64,000 bases of DNA from Anaeromyxobacteraceae bacterium (lineage in GTDB: Bacteria; Myxococcota; Myxococcia; Myxococcales; Anaeromyxobacteraceae). Every line of letters begins with the position of its first letter. Positions within the stretch are counted from its first letter, which is position 1. Where the stretch lies: contig JASGHJ010000001.1 in NCBI GenBank assembly GCA_047602405.1, forward strand, positions 1,440,001 to 1,504,000, written 5' to 3'. The translations under genes and the position numbers were made by a program. Below the pieces are notes generated by a model. The model had not been told where the DNA came from, searched no databases, and worked only from the letters and a program-made list of their open reading frames with translations. Below, piece after piece: positions 56,431 through 64,000 of this stretch.

Positions 56431-59250
56431 ATGCCGATCCGACCCTCCAGCCGGCTCCCCGTGATGGCCCTCCTCGTCCTCGGGGGCCTCTCCGCCTCGT
56501 GCGACGGGGGAGGGTTCGTGCTGGCCCCGCAGCAGCTCGCGGTCGACGAGGACGGCGTGCTGCGGGGCGCGCTCGTGGTCGAGCGCGAGGGCGACGGCGG
56601 CGAGATCACCTTCATGACGATCCGGGCGCCCGCCCACGGGACCCTGACGCTCGACCCGGCATCCGGCACGTTCGAGTACCGGCCGGCGCCGCACTTCAAC
56701 GGCGGCGACCTCGCGAAGGCGGCCGCCGTGGCGGTCACCGGCACCTCGTCCGCGCCGCTCGAGATCCAGGTGCTGCCCGTGAACGATCCGCCGGACCTTC
56801 CGGACGCGACGCTGGTGCTCCAGGAGGATGGGGAGGCGAGCCTCGCGCTCGCCGGGACGGACGTGGACGGGGACCGGCTGACGTACGCGCTCGAGGTTCC
56901 GCCCACGCACGGGAGGGCGACGCTCGACGCCGACGGCGGCGCGCTGACCTACGTCGCGGACGCGGACTGGTTCGGCGCGGACACCGTGGTCGTGAGCGCC
57001 TCCGACGGCGCGCTCACCTCGCGGCTCGCCACCGTCCAGGTCGCCGTGCTGCCCGTGAACGACCCTCCGGTCGCGCTCGACGCGGTGGTCCAGGTGGCCG
57101 AGGACGGCGAGGTCGCGGACGCCCTCGCCGCCGCCGACCTCGACGGCCCCGGCCTCACCTTCACGCTCGCCTCGCCGCCCGCGCACGGCACGGTGCAGCT
57201 CGAGCCTCTCACCGGGGCGTACGTCTACCGCCCCGGGCCGGACTTCCACGGCGCGGACGCCTTCTCCTTCACCGCCTCCGACGGGCTCGCGACGTCGCTC
57301 CCCGCGACGCTCGCGATCCAGGTGTCCCCCGTGAACGATGCACCGATGGCGGCGGGCGCGGCGTTCGAGCTCGACGAGGACGGCGCCCTCGAGGGCGCCG
57401 TCGCGGCCACCGACGTCGACAGCCCCATCGACTCGTACGCCCTCTCGACCTCCCCGGCCCACGGCAGGGCGGAGCTCGACCCGGCGCGCGGCACCTTTCG
57501 CTACACGCCGGACCCCGACTACGTCGGCCCCGACGTCTTCAGCTTCACCGCGAGCGACGGCACGCTCGACTCGGCCCCCGCCACGGTCCAGCTCACGGTG
57601 CGTCCGGTGAACGATCCACCGGTCGCCAGCGACCTCGCCCTGATCCTCGCCGAGGACGGCTCGGCCCAGGGGAGGCTCGAGGCCTCAGACGTGGACGGCG
57701 ACGCGCCGACCTTCGCGCTGCGGTGGCCGGCGGCGCACGGCCAGGTCTCGCTCGCGGCCGACGGCACGTTCTCGTACGCGCCGGAGCCCGACTGGAACGG
57801 CGTCGACGACTTCATCTTCGTCGCTTCGGACGGGACGCTCGAGTCCGCTCCCCACCGCGTGCAGCTGACGGTCGCGCCCGTCGACGACCCACCGAGGCTG
57901 CCGGCGCTCCCCGACCTCACCAACTCGGCCGAGACGCAGGAGTCGTTGGTCACGCTCCCGCTCCTGGACCCCGACGGCGAGGAGGTCCTCTGGGAGGCGT
58001 GGAGCGACGACCTCGCCGTGGTCACCGTGCGCCAGGACGTGCCGGGAGCGCTGCGGCTCACCCCCGTGACACGCGGACGGACGCGGGTGACCGTCACCGG
58101 GACCGACGGCCGCAACGAGGTCTCGGCGACGTTCGCCTTCACGGTCACCGACGTCACGAAGACGCGGACGTTCGAGTCGGCGGTGCCGGGCGAGCAGGCC
58201 ATCCGGATCGAGAACCAGGGTGCGTCGGCCGTGGCGTTCACCCTCGACCAGAACGGCGCACGGCTCGCCACGAGCGTGGAGGAGCTCCTCGCCGAGGTGC
58301 GGGCCCAGCCGGACGAGGTGCCGCAGGAGCCCTTCGAGCGCAAGCTGTGGCGGTACCTGCGTGACGCCTCCTACCATGGTGACCCGCTGACGGTGGACTA
58401 CTGGGCCCACGACCCGGTGGCGTGGCTGGGGGGGGTGGGCTTCGGCTACTGCGACGACGTGGCGGCCGTCTACACCACGCTGGCGATCGCCGCCGGTCTC
58501 GAGGCACGCGCGTGGGAGCTCGAGGGGCACGTCGTGCCCGAGGTCCACGTGAGCGGCCGCTGGGAGATGTACGACCCGGATCTGGCCGTCTACTACCGCA
58601 CGCGCGACGGCGCCGTGGCCGGGGTGGAGGATCTGGAGGCCGACCCGAGCCTCGTCACGACGCCGACCGCACCGCTGCGGCAGGACCCCTGGGTGTACGG
58701 CGAGACGGTCGCAGCCATCTACGCGTCGGCCAGCGACAACCACGTGATCAGCGGCATCTTCTTCGAGCCTCCGCGGCCGAGACCGCCGCTGAAGCTCCCG
58801 GCCGGTGCAGCGATCACCTACCCGGGCGTCTGGACGGAGGCGCCGAAGGGGTACGCTGGCGTGCCGACCCTCTACTTCGCGGAATTGCGTCTGGATCTGC
58901 CCGACGGCTTCGTGGGGGTGATCGATCTCCCGTTCGCCCTGCGGGCGGTGAGCGGGAAGGCGAACGTGAAGGTCGGTGGCGTCGTGTACGACGCCGAGAC
59001 TCAGGGCCTGAACGGCCTGCTCGAGCGGGTCGGCAGCTCGCGAGCGGCAGTCCAGCCGCTGGAGGTCGTGGAGTCGCGCGGAGCGTTGTCGCTCGTCTAC
59101 CTGATGAATCCCAGGTTTGCCATGGTCGACACGACCTCCGTCGCGCTCACCTCGCTCGAGGCCGCGGCGCTCTCCGTCGGGGTGGTCTCGCTGCCCGAGA
59201 GCGAGAGGCTTCCGTACGTCGGCCTGGCCGCGGTGAACCGGCCACGCTAG
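56431..59250 (+). CDS. Lipoprotein with tandem cadherin-like/Big-9 Ig repeats and a transglutaminase-like domain
   Basis: Signal ending LSASC; five ~92-aa repeats ending PVNDPP/PVNDAP/PVDDPP; GYCDD..GHVVPEV..MYDPD putative Cys-His-Asp triad. Confidence 0.8.
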   Translation: MPIRPSSRLPVMALLVLGGLSASCDGGGFVLAPQQLAVDEDGVLRGALVVEREGDGGEITFMTIRAPAHGTLTLDPASGTFEYRPAPHFNGGDLAKAAAVAVTGTSSAPLEIQVLPVNDPPDLPDATLVLQEDGEASLALAGTDVDGDRLTYALEVPPTHGRATLDADGGALTYVADADWFGADTVVVSASDGALTSRLATVQVAVLPVNDPPVALDAVVQVAEDGEVADALAAADLDGPGLTFTLASPPAHGTVQLEPLTGAYVYRPGPDFHGADAFSFTASDGLATSLPATLAIQVSPVNDAPMAAGAAFELDEDGALEGAVAATDVDSPIDSYALSTSPAHGRAELDPARGTFRYTPDPDYVGPDVFSFTASDGTLDSAPATVQLTVRPVNDPPVASDLALILAEDGSAQGRLEASDVDGDAPTFALRWPAAHGQVSLAADGTFSYAPEPDWNGVDDFIFVASDGTLESAPHRVQLTVAPVDDPPRLPALPDLTNSAETQESLVTLPLLDPDGEEVLWEAWSDDLAVVTVRQDVPGALRLTPVTRGRTRVTVTGTDGRNEVSATFAFTVTDVTKTRTFESAVPGEQAIRIENQGASAVAFTLDQNGARLATSVEELLAEVRAQPDEVPQEPFERKLWRYLRDASYHGDPLTVDYWAHDPVAWLGGVGFGYCDDVAAVYTTLAIAAGLEARAWELEGHVVPEVHVSGRWEMYDPDLAVYYRTRDGAVAGVEDLEADPSLVTTPTAPLRQDPWVYGETVAAIYASASDNHVISGIFFEPPRPRPPLKLPAGAAITYPGVWTEAPKGYAGVPTLYFAELRLDLPDGFVGVIDLPFALRAVSGKANVKVGGVVYDAETQGLNGLLERVGSSRAAVQPLEVVESRGALSLVYLMNPRFAMVDTTSVALTSLEAAALSVGVVSLPESERLPYVGLAAVNRPR

Positions 59251-59302
59251 CCAGGCGCTCGTTCGCTCACGACTCGGCTGGACGACGACGTAGAATGCCT
59301 CG

Positions 59303-60560
59303 GTGTTCCCGCGAGCGTTGGCCGGCGTGGCCGGGGCCGTCGTCCTGGTCTTCTACACCGAGGTCCTGACCTACCTGTTCGAGGTCGACCTGGGCCCACC
59401 TGCCAGCGTCGCAGTCTACGGGCTGATCGTCCTCTCGGTCGTCATGGGCGCACTCGGTCGAGCGCATCTCGCGAGGGCGGTGCGGGAGATCCCGCTCTTC
59501 GCCTGGATGCTGGGCTTCCTCGTGATGTCCGCCCTCTGGGCCGTCGATACCACCGACCTCGAGCCGCTGTCCGAGCGCCTGCGCTCCGTGCTCTTCGCGG
59601 TCGCCATGCTCGTCGTGCTCTCGCGTCCTGGCTCGGACAGGGCGGCCCGGTGGGCGCTCGTGGTGAGCGTCCCGGTCTCGGTGATCGTGCTCGGGCTGGA
59701 TTCTCGCGAATCCCCTCGCGTTCAGCCCGTTGCCCGGGCGTGCCGGCGGCTTCTACATCAACCCCAACCGCGCGGGGTCCGCGCTCGTCTTCGCGCTCGT
59801 GCTTGGATTCGAGGTGGTGCCGGCCAGGCTGCGCGTGGCCTTCGGCACCATTGCCGGGGTCGGGATCCTCATGACGATGTCCCGCGCCGGGGCGCTGCTC
59901 TTCACGGGCTTCATGGGCTGGTCGGCGTGGCGTCGCTCGTTCCCGGTCCGGCACCTCGCCTGGGCAGGTGTGGCGCTGCTGCTCGTGACGGGGGCCGTGG
60001 CCGTGACCTTCCCGGGTCCGGTCAACGACGCGCTCGAGGGCGCGAAGGTCCTCGAGGAAGCCGGCCGGTTCGCGGTGTCGGGGGACGAGGAGAGCGCCAC
60101 CGATCGTCGTCGGTTCCTCGAGGCAGGGCTGGAACTGTTCTCGGAGTCGCCGCTGATCGGCCATGGAACGGGGGCGTCGGTGTCGTGGGTGGAGTCGGCG
60201 TCCACGCACAACCAGACCCTGACCTTCGCGGTCGACCACGGGATCGTCGGACTGCTGATGTGGGTCGCCCTGTTCGTCGCCCTCCTGCGCGGCAACTCAC
60301 GCGCGACGCCATTCGCGGTGGTGTTCGCGGTGAGCTCGCTCTTCAGCCACAACCTGCTCGACGAGTTCTTCTCGCTCACCGCGCTGGCGATCGCTGCCGT
60401 GCCCGATCACGTCGGGGGGGGCTTGGTACCGCAGCCGCTCGCCCGGGAAACGAGCGGAGGGTCAGCCCCCGAGCAACGAGCTGAAGACAGCCTCCGTGGC
60501 GCCGGCCATCGACTCGACGCTGAAGAGGCCCGAGACGCGCTCGCGCGCGGCACGCCCTAG
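59303..60560 (+). CDS. O-antigen ligase/polymerase (WaaL/Wzy-like) membrane protein (apparent +1 frameshift at about 59701)
   Basis: TM-rich; RAGGFYINPN, TMSRAG, PLIGHG, THNQ..DHGIVG. The two frames join if one T is removed from GGATTCTC. Confidence 0.75.
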
Positions 60561-61580
60561 GGCCTCGCGCTCCTGCGACGGGAGGGTGGCGAGCCGGAGC
60601 AGCGCACCGCGGAGCGCGACGGGGTCACCCGGCGGGACGACGAATCCCGACTGCCCCACGAGGTGAGCGCAGTCGCCCACGTCGGTCACCAGGCACGGCA
60701 GTCCGCTCGCCATGGCCTCCCCGACGGCATTGGGAAAGCCTTCGGCGACCGAGGTGAGCGCGGCCGCGTCGAGGCTCGCGAGGACGTCCGAGACGTCGGA
60801 CCGGGGGCCGAGCAGCCTGACTCGTTCGCGGATGCCGAGCGCCTCTGCGAGCTGGGTGAGGCTGGCCACGTAGCTCGAGTCTCCGCCTCCCACCAGCACG
60901 AATCCGAGGTCGGCCCGTTCCTTCAGGGCCAGGGCGGCCGCACGCAGGAGCGTCGGGTGATCCTTGATGGGGTCGAGCCTCGCGACGGTTCCGACGACGA
61001 ACGCATCCTCGAACCCCCATTCGGCGCGCAGGCGCTCCCGTGCCCCAGGGGAGCCATGAAAGCGTTCGACGTCGATGCCGTTCCGTACGAGCACGAGCTT
61101 GCTGGGCGGGAAGCCCCGAGCCCGGGCATAGCGCGTGCCGGCCTCCGAATTCGTGATCACCACGTCGGCGACTCGAGCCAGGCGCGGCTCGATGGCATTG
61201 ACCAGCCGCACGTCGGCCCGGAGGGGCCCCTGCGCGGTCCCGGCGTCGACGACCGACCAGGCGAGGCGCGTCGCGGGCCGGACGAGCTTCGAGATGACGG
61301 AGATGAGATTCACCTGCGGCAGCCACGCGTAGAGCACGTCGGGCGCATGCCGACGGATGTGTTCCGCGAGGCGCCAGAGGAAGCGAAGATCGAGCCGCCC
61401 GCGGCGGCCCAGGTCGACCAGCTCGACGCTGCTCCCCTTCAGCTCACCTTCGAGCGGACCGCCTCCCCAGACGGTCAGGAGCTGCACCCGGTGCCGCCGC
61501 GAGAGGGCGCGGGCGAGCGCCGCGGCCTGCCGCTCCGCCCCGCCGATCTGGAGCGAGGAGATGACGAGGGCAATGCGCAT
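60462..61580 (-). CDS. GT4 family glycosyltransferase
   Basis: GGAERQ, VARLDPIKDH, EGFPNAVGEAMA, TDVGD. Confidence 0.92.
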   Translation of the reverse strand: MRIALVISSLQIGGAERQAAALARALSRRHRVQLLTVWGGGPLEGELKGSSVELVDLGRRGRLDLRFLWRLAEHIRRHAPDVLYAWLPQVNLISVISKLVRPATRLAWSVVDAGTAQGPLRADVRLVNAIEPRLARVADVVITNSEAGTRYARARGFPPSKLVLVRNGIDVERFHGSPGARERLRAEWGFEDAFVVGTVARLDPIKDHPTLLRAAALALKERADLGFVLVGGGDSSYVASLTQLAEALGIRERVRLLGPRSDVSDVLASLDAAALTSVAEGFPNAVGEAMASGLPCLVTDVGDCAHLVGQSGFVVPPGDPVALRGALLRLATLPSQEREALGRAARERVSGLFSVESMAGATEAVFSSLLGG

Positions 61581-61582
61581 GC

Positions 61583-62686
61583 TCAGACCTGGCCCGGGGG
61601 GAGCAGGACTCCGCGCCAGGCGCGCTCGATCTCGGGCAGTCCGAGTCGCGCGGTGACTTCAAGGGCCGCGCGGCCCAGCCTGGACCTCAGGGACTCGTCC
61701 GCCATCAGCCGCTCCAGTCCAAGAGCAAGTGCACGCTCGTCCTCGGACCGCACCAGGAGGCCGTCCACGCCGTCGCGAACGATGTCTCTGGGTCCGAAAT
61801 CGCAGTCAGCGGCGACGCAGGCACAGCCGCAGGCCATGGCCTCGATCAGGACGTTCGGGTAACCCTCGTACCGGGAGGAGAGCGCGAACACCGCAGACGA
61901 GCCCAGCAGCTCGAACGGCGAATTCGTCCGGCCAGGGAACCGCACGCGGTCCACGAGGCCGAGGACGTCCCGCAGCTTCTCGAGGTCGGCCCGATCCGCG
62001 CCTTCACCGGCGACGACGAGCTCCCAGTCCGGAAAGCGAGGCGAGACGAGCGCGAACGCCCGGAGGAGCACGTCGAAGCCCTTCTGACGGTGGAGGCGGC
62101 CGAGTCCAACGATGCGGCGTACCCGTCCATTCGCCGCCGGCATGGACGATCCGACCGAGGAGACCGGGTTCGGGATCACCTCGATCCGAGCCCTCGGGAC
62201 GATCGCACGCATGTCGAGTGCTGCGCCCGGAGTCTGGACCACGACCGCCCGGGCCCGGGGATAGAGCACGTTCCGCGGCCAGCGCCAGAGCCGCGGCGTG
62301 TCGACCGGGTTGTTCCGCTCGGAGACGACCACACGCAGGCCGAGGCCGAGGGTCGCGAGCAGCGTCAGGACGTTCGTCTGATCCACGAACGCCAGCACCG
62401 CGTCGGGCCGGGAGTGGACGATCGCGCGGCGGAGGTTCACGGCGCGGCGCAGGGTACCCAGCACGCCCGAGACGAGCCCGCTGGAGTGCCAGCCCATTCC
62501 GAGCGCCACACGCCGCACCGCGGGGTGCAGTTCATAGAAGTCCGATTCGGCCCCGAAGACGGTCACCAGGGTGACGTCCAGACCGTTGCCTGCCCAGTGG
62601 TTCGCCAGCTGGGACAGCACGCGTTCGGCTCCGCCCGAGCCGAGCGAAGACGACACCAGCGTGATCCTCGCCCCGGGCTGGCTCAT
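61583..62686 (-). CDS. GT4 family glycosyltransferase (PglH/PglJ-like)
   Basis: GGAERV, SERN, GRLHRQKGFD, SRYEGYPNVLIEAMA, DCDFGP; ATG 62686 overlaps the upstream stop. Confidence 0.92.
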   Translation of the reverse strand: MSQPGARITLVSSSLGSGGAERVLSQLANHWAGNGLDVTLVTVFGAESDFYELHPAVRRVALGMGWHSSGLVSGVLGTLRRAVNLRRAIVHSRPDAVLAFVDQTNVLTLLATLGLGLRVVVSERNNPVDTPRLWRWPRNVLYPRARAVVVQTPGAALDMRAIVPRARIEVIPNPVSSVGSSMPAANGRVRRIVGLGRLHRQKGFDVLLRAFALVSPRFPDWELVVAGEGADRADLEKLRDVLGLVDRVRFPGRTNSPFELLGSSAVFALSSRYEGYPNVLIEAMACGCACVAADCDFGPRDIVRDGVDGLLVRSEDERALALGLERLMADESLRSRLGRAALEVTARLGLPEIERAWRGVLLPPGQV

Positions 62687-64000
62687 GAGGCCCGCGCCAT
62701 GAGGGCGCGCTCGGTGGCCGCGCGCAGGAAGAGGAACGAGGCGAGGCACACCGCCACGGATGAGAGGGCGATGCCGGCGAGACCCCAGAACCGCATCAGG
62801 ACGAGATCCAGGACGACGTTCACGACCAGGTTGAGGACGGAGCCGACGAGGATGGCCCGTTGCGCGGACAGCGCGACGGCGAGCCTCTGGTGGAGCATGC
62901 CGAGGACGTAGAGCGGCAGCTGGGCCACGTAGCAGGCCTGGACGAGCGCCACGGACGCGGTGTCCTCGCTGGAGAAGGCTCCGCGCTGGAACAGCAACCG
63001 CACGAGGGGTGTCGAGAGGAACATGAAGGCGATCGTCACGGGGATCGTCGCTGCGACCGTGATCACCGTATACCGGCGGATGGTCCGGCGCACGCCCTCG
63101 AGATCACCGGTCGAGACCGCGCGAGAGAAGAAGGTCAGCGCGGACGTCCACAGGCCAGCGGAGACAGAGAGCAGCACGCTCGGCACCTTGTTCGCGTAGC
63201 CCAGGATCGAGACGCCCCCTCCGCCGAGGCTCGCCGCGAAGGCCTGATCGACGACCGTCGAGCTCGAGCTCAGTGCGGCCGCGAGGAGGAAGGAGCCGTA
63301 GGCCGTGAACACCGTCTTCGTCTCGTGGTCGAGGCCGCGCCAGAGAGGTATCGGCTGGACGCCGAGACGACGAACCGCGGCGCCGAGCACCAAGGTCTCG
63401 ACCACCGGCCCGGCGAGAGTGCCCACGACGAGGATCGTGACGCCGAAGCGATCGCGTCCGACGCCGAGCAGGGCGGAGGTGAGGAGCGGCGTGACGATTG
63501 GCGCGAGCGCAGGCACCGCGAACTTCTCGTTGGCGTTCAAGAGCGCGCCCAGCGTGGTGTTCACAGCAGGAAGCACCAGCGCCGGGAGCAGCAAGAAGAA
63601 CAACCGTCGAGTGAGCTCCTGCTTCTCGGTGGAGAACGAAGAACCGAGCACCGGAATCAGCCAGGGCGAGGCGAGTCCCAGCGTCAGGGCGATCGCGCAG
63701 AAGGCGCCGATGGCGAGCACGAGGCTGTTCCCGAGCAGGCGCTGTGCCGCATCCTGCCCGGTCGAACGTCGCGCGCGAACGTACGCGGGGACCAGCGAGA
63801 CGGCCAGCGGTCCTCCCAGCACGTTGATGAGAAAGGACGGGAGCAGGAAGGCGATGAGGTAGGCGTCGAGCGAGTCGCTCGTGCCGAACCGGTTCGCGAC
63901 GAGGAGCTCCTTGCCCGTCGCGACCAGCTTCACGAGCAGGGTCGCGATGGAAACCGTGAGCGTCGCCCCGAGCTCCCTCTGGGCGAACCACGCGCGCACC
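62683..64000 (-). CDS. MurJ/MviN-like (MOP) flippase, possibly 5'-truncated by the window edge
   Basis: KELLVANRFG..DAYLIA, VDQAFA, LLFQRGAF; many TM segments. Confidence 0.8.
   Translation of the reverse strand, partial: VRAWFAQRELGATLTVSIATLLVKLVATGKELLVANRFGTSDSLDAYLIAFLLPSFLINVLGGPLAVSLVPAYVRARRSTGQDAAQRLLGNSLVLAIGAFCAIALTLGLASPWLIPVLGSSFSTEKQELTRRLFFLLLPALVLPAVNTTLGALLNANEKFAVPALAPIVTPLLTSALLGVGRDRFGVTILVVGTLAGPVVETLVLGAAVRRLGVQPIPLWRGLDHETKTVFTAYGSFLLAAALSSSSTVVDQAFAASLGGGGVSILGYANKVPSVLLSVSAGLWTSALTFFSRAVSTGDLEGVRRTIRRYTVITVAATIPVTIAFMFLSTPLVRLLFQRGAFSSEDTASVALVQACYVAQLPLYVLGMLHQRLAVALSAQRAILVGSVLNLVVNVVLDLVLMRFWGLAGIALSSVAVCLASFLFLRAATERALMARAS

Noticed and set aside
22801..59705. 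Programmed ribosomal frameshifting or phase variation at the four broken genes
   Set aside because: No slippery heptamers, homopolymer tracts or simple-sequence repeats at the sites, and the genes are functionally unrelated.
485..63991. Many long overlapping R/P/G/A-rich ORFs (e.g. 485-3301, 7154-10876, 11652-15122, 46436-49999, 50122-53139)
   Set aside because: Typical stop-poor alternative and antisense frames of high-GC genes, with no motifs.
1..64000. tRNA, rRNA, IS/transposase, integrase, prophage or defence genes
   Set aside because: None recognised by eye. A tRNAscan, Infernal or DefenseFinder run would be needed to exclude them formally.

Overview
A very GC-rich (roughly 75%) bacterial chromosome window. 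Gene content (tandem PilZ proteins, Cys-rich lipoproteins, ECF sigma factors, KinB/AlgB-like pair) suggests a Myxococcota/Anaeromyxobacter-like organism; this is inference only. About 1-50 kb is mixed housekeeping and accessory DNA: an enlarged GlmS, DUF2089 operon, RND pump, M16/S46/PepD/M1/PA-domain peptidases, rsgA, rlmH, gpmI, comF, two PPIases, two ECF sigma factors and large secreted Ig-repeat proteins. From about 50.3 kb to the end is a surface-polysaccharide locus: CapD/PglF-type dehydratase, CapK-like ligase, DUF362, UDP-GlcA epimerase, an Ig-repeat transglutaminase-like lipoprotein, a Wzy/WaaL-like protein, two GT4s and a MurJ-like flippase. I found no rRNA, tRNA, CRISPR array, IS or phage gene. 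Most notable observations: (1) a small divergent gene encoding a free-standing copy of the N-terminal pro-region-like segment of its large neighbour; (2) an attenuator-like uORF and hairpin leader on rsgA; (3) two families of short palindromic repeats, one inserted in-frame in a gene; (4) a KinB/AlgB-like pair lacking HAMP and AAA+ domains; (5) a transglutaminase-like adhesin inside the polysaccharide locus; (6) four +1 frameshifts, three of them at GATC, probably sequencing artefacts. All family assignments come from motif recognition by eye, not database searches.
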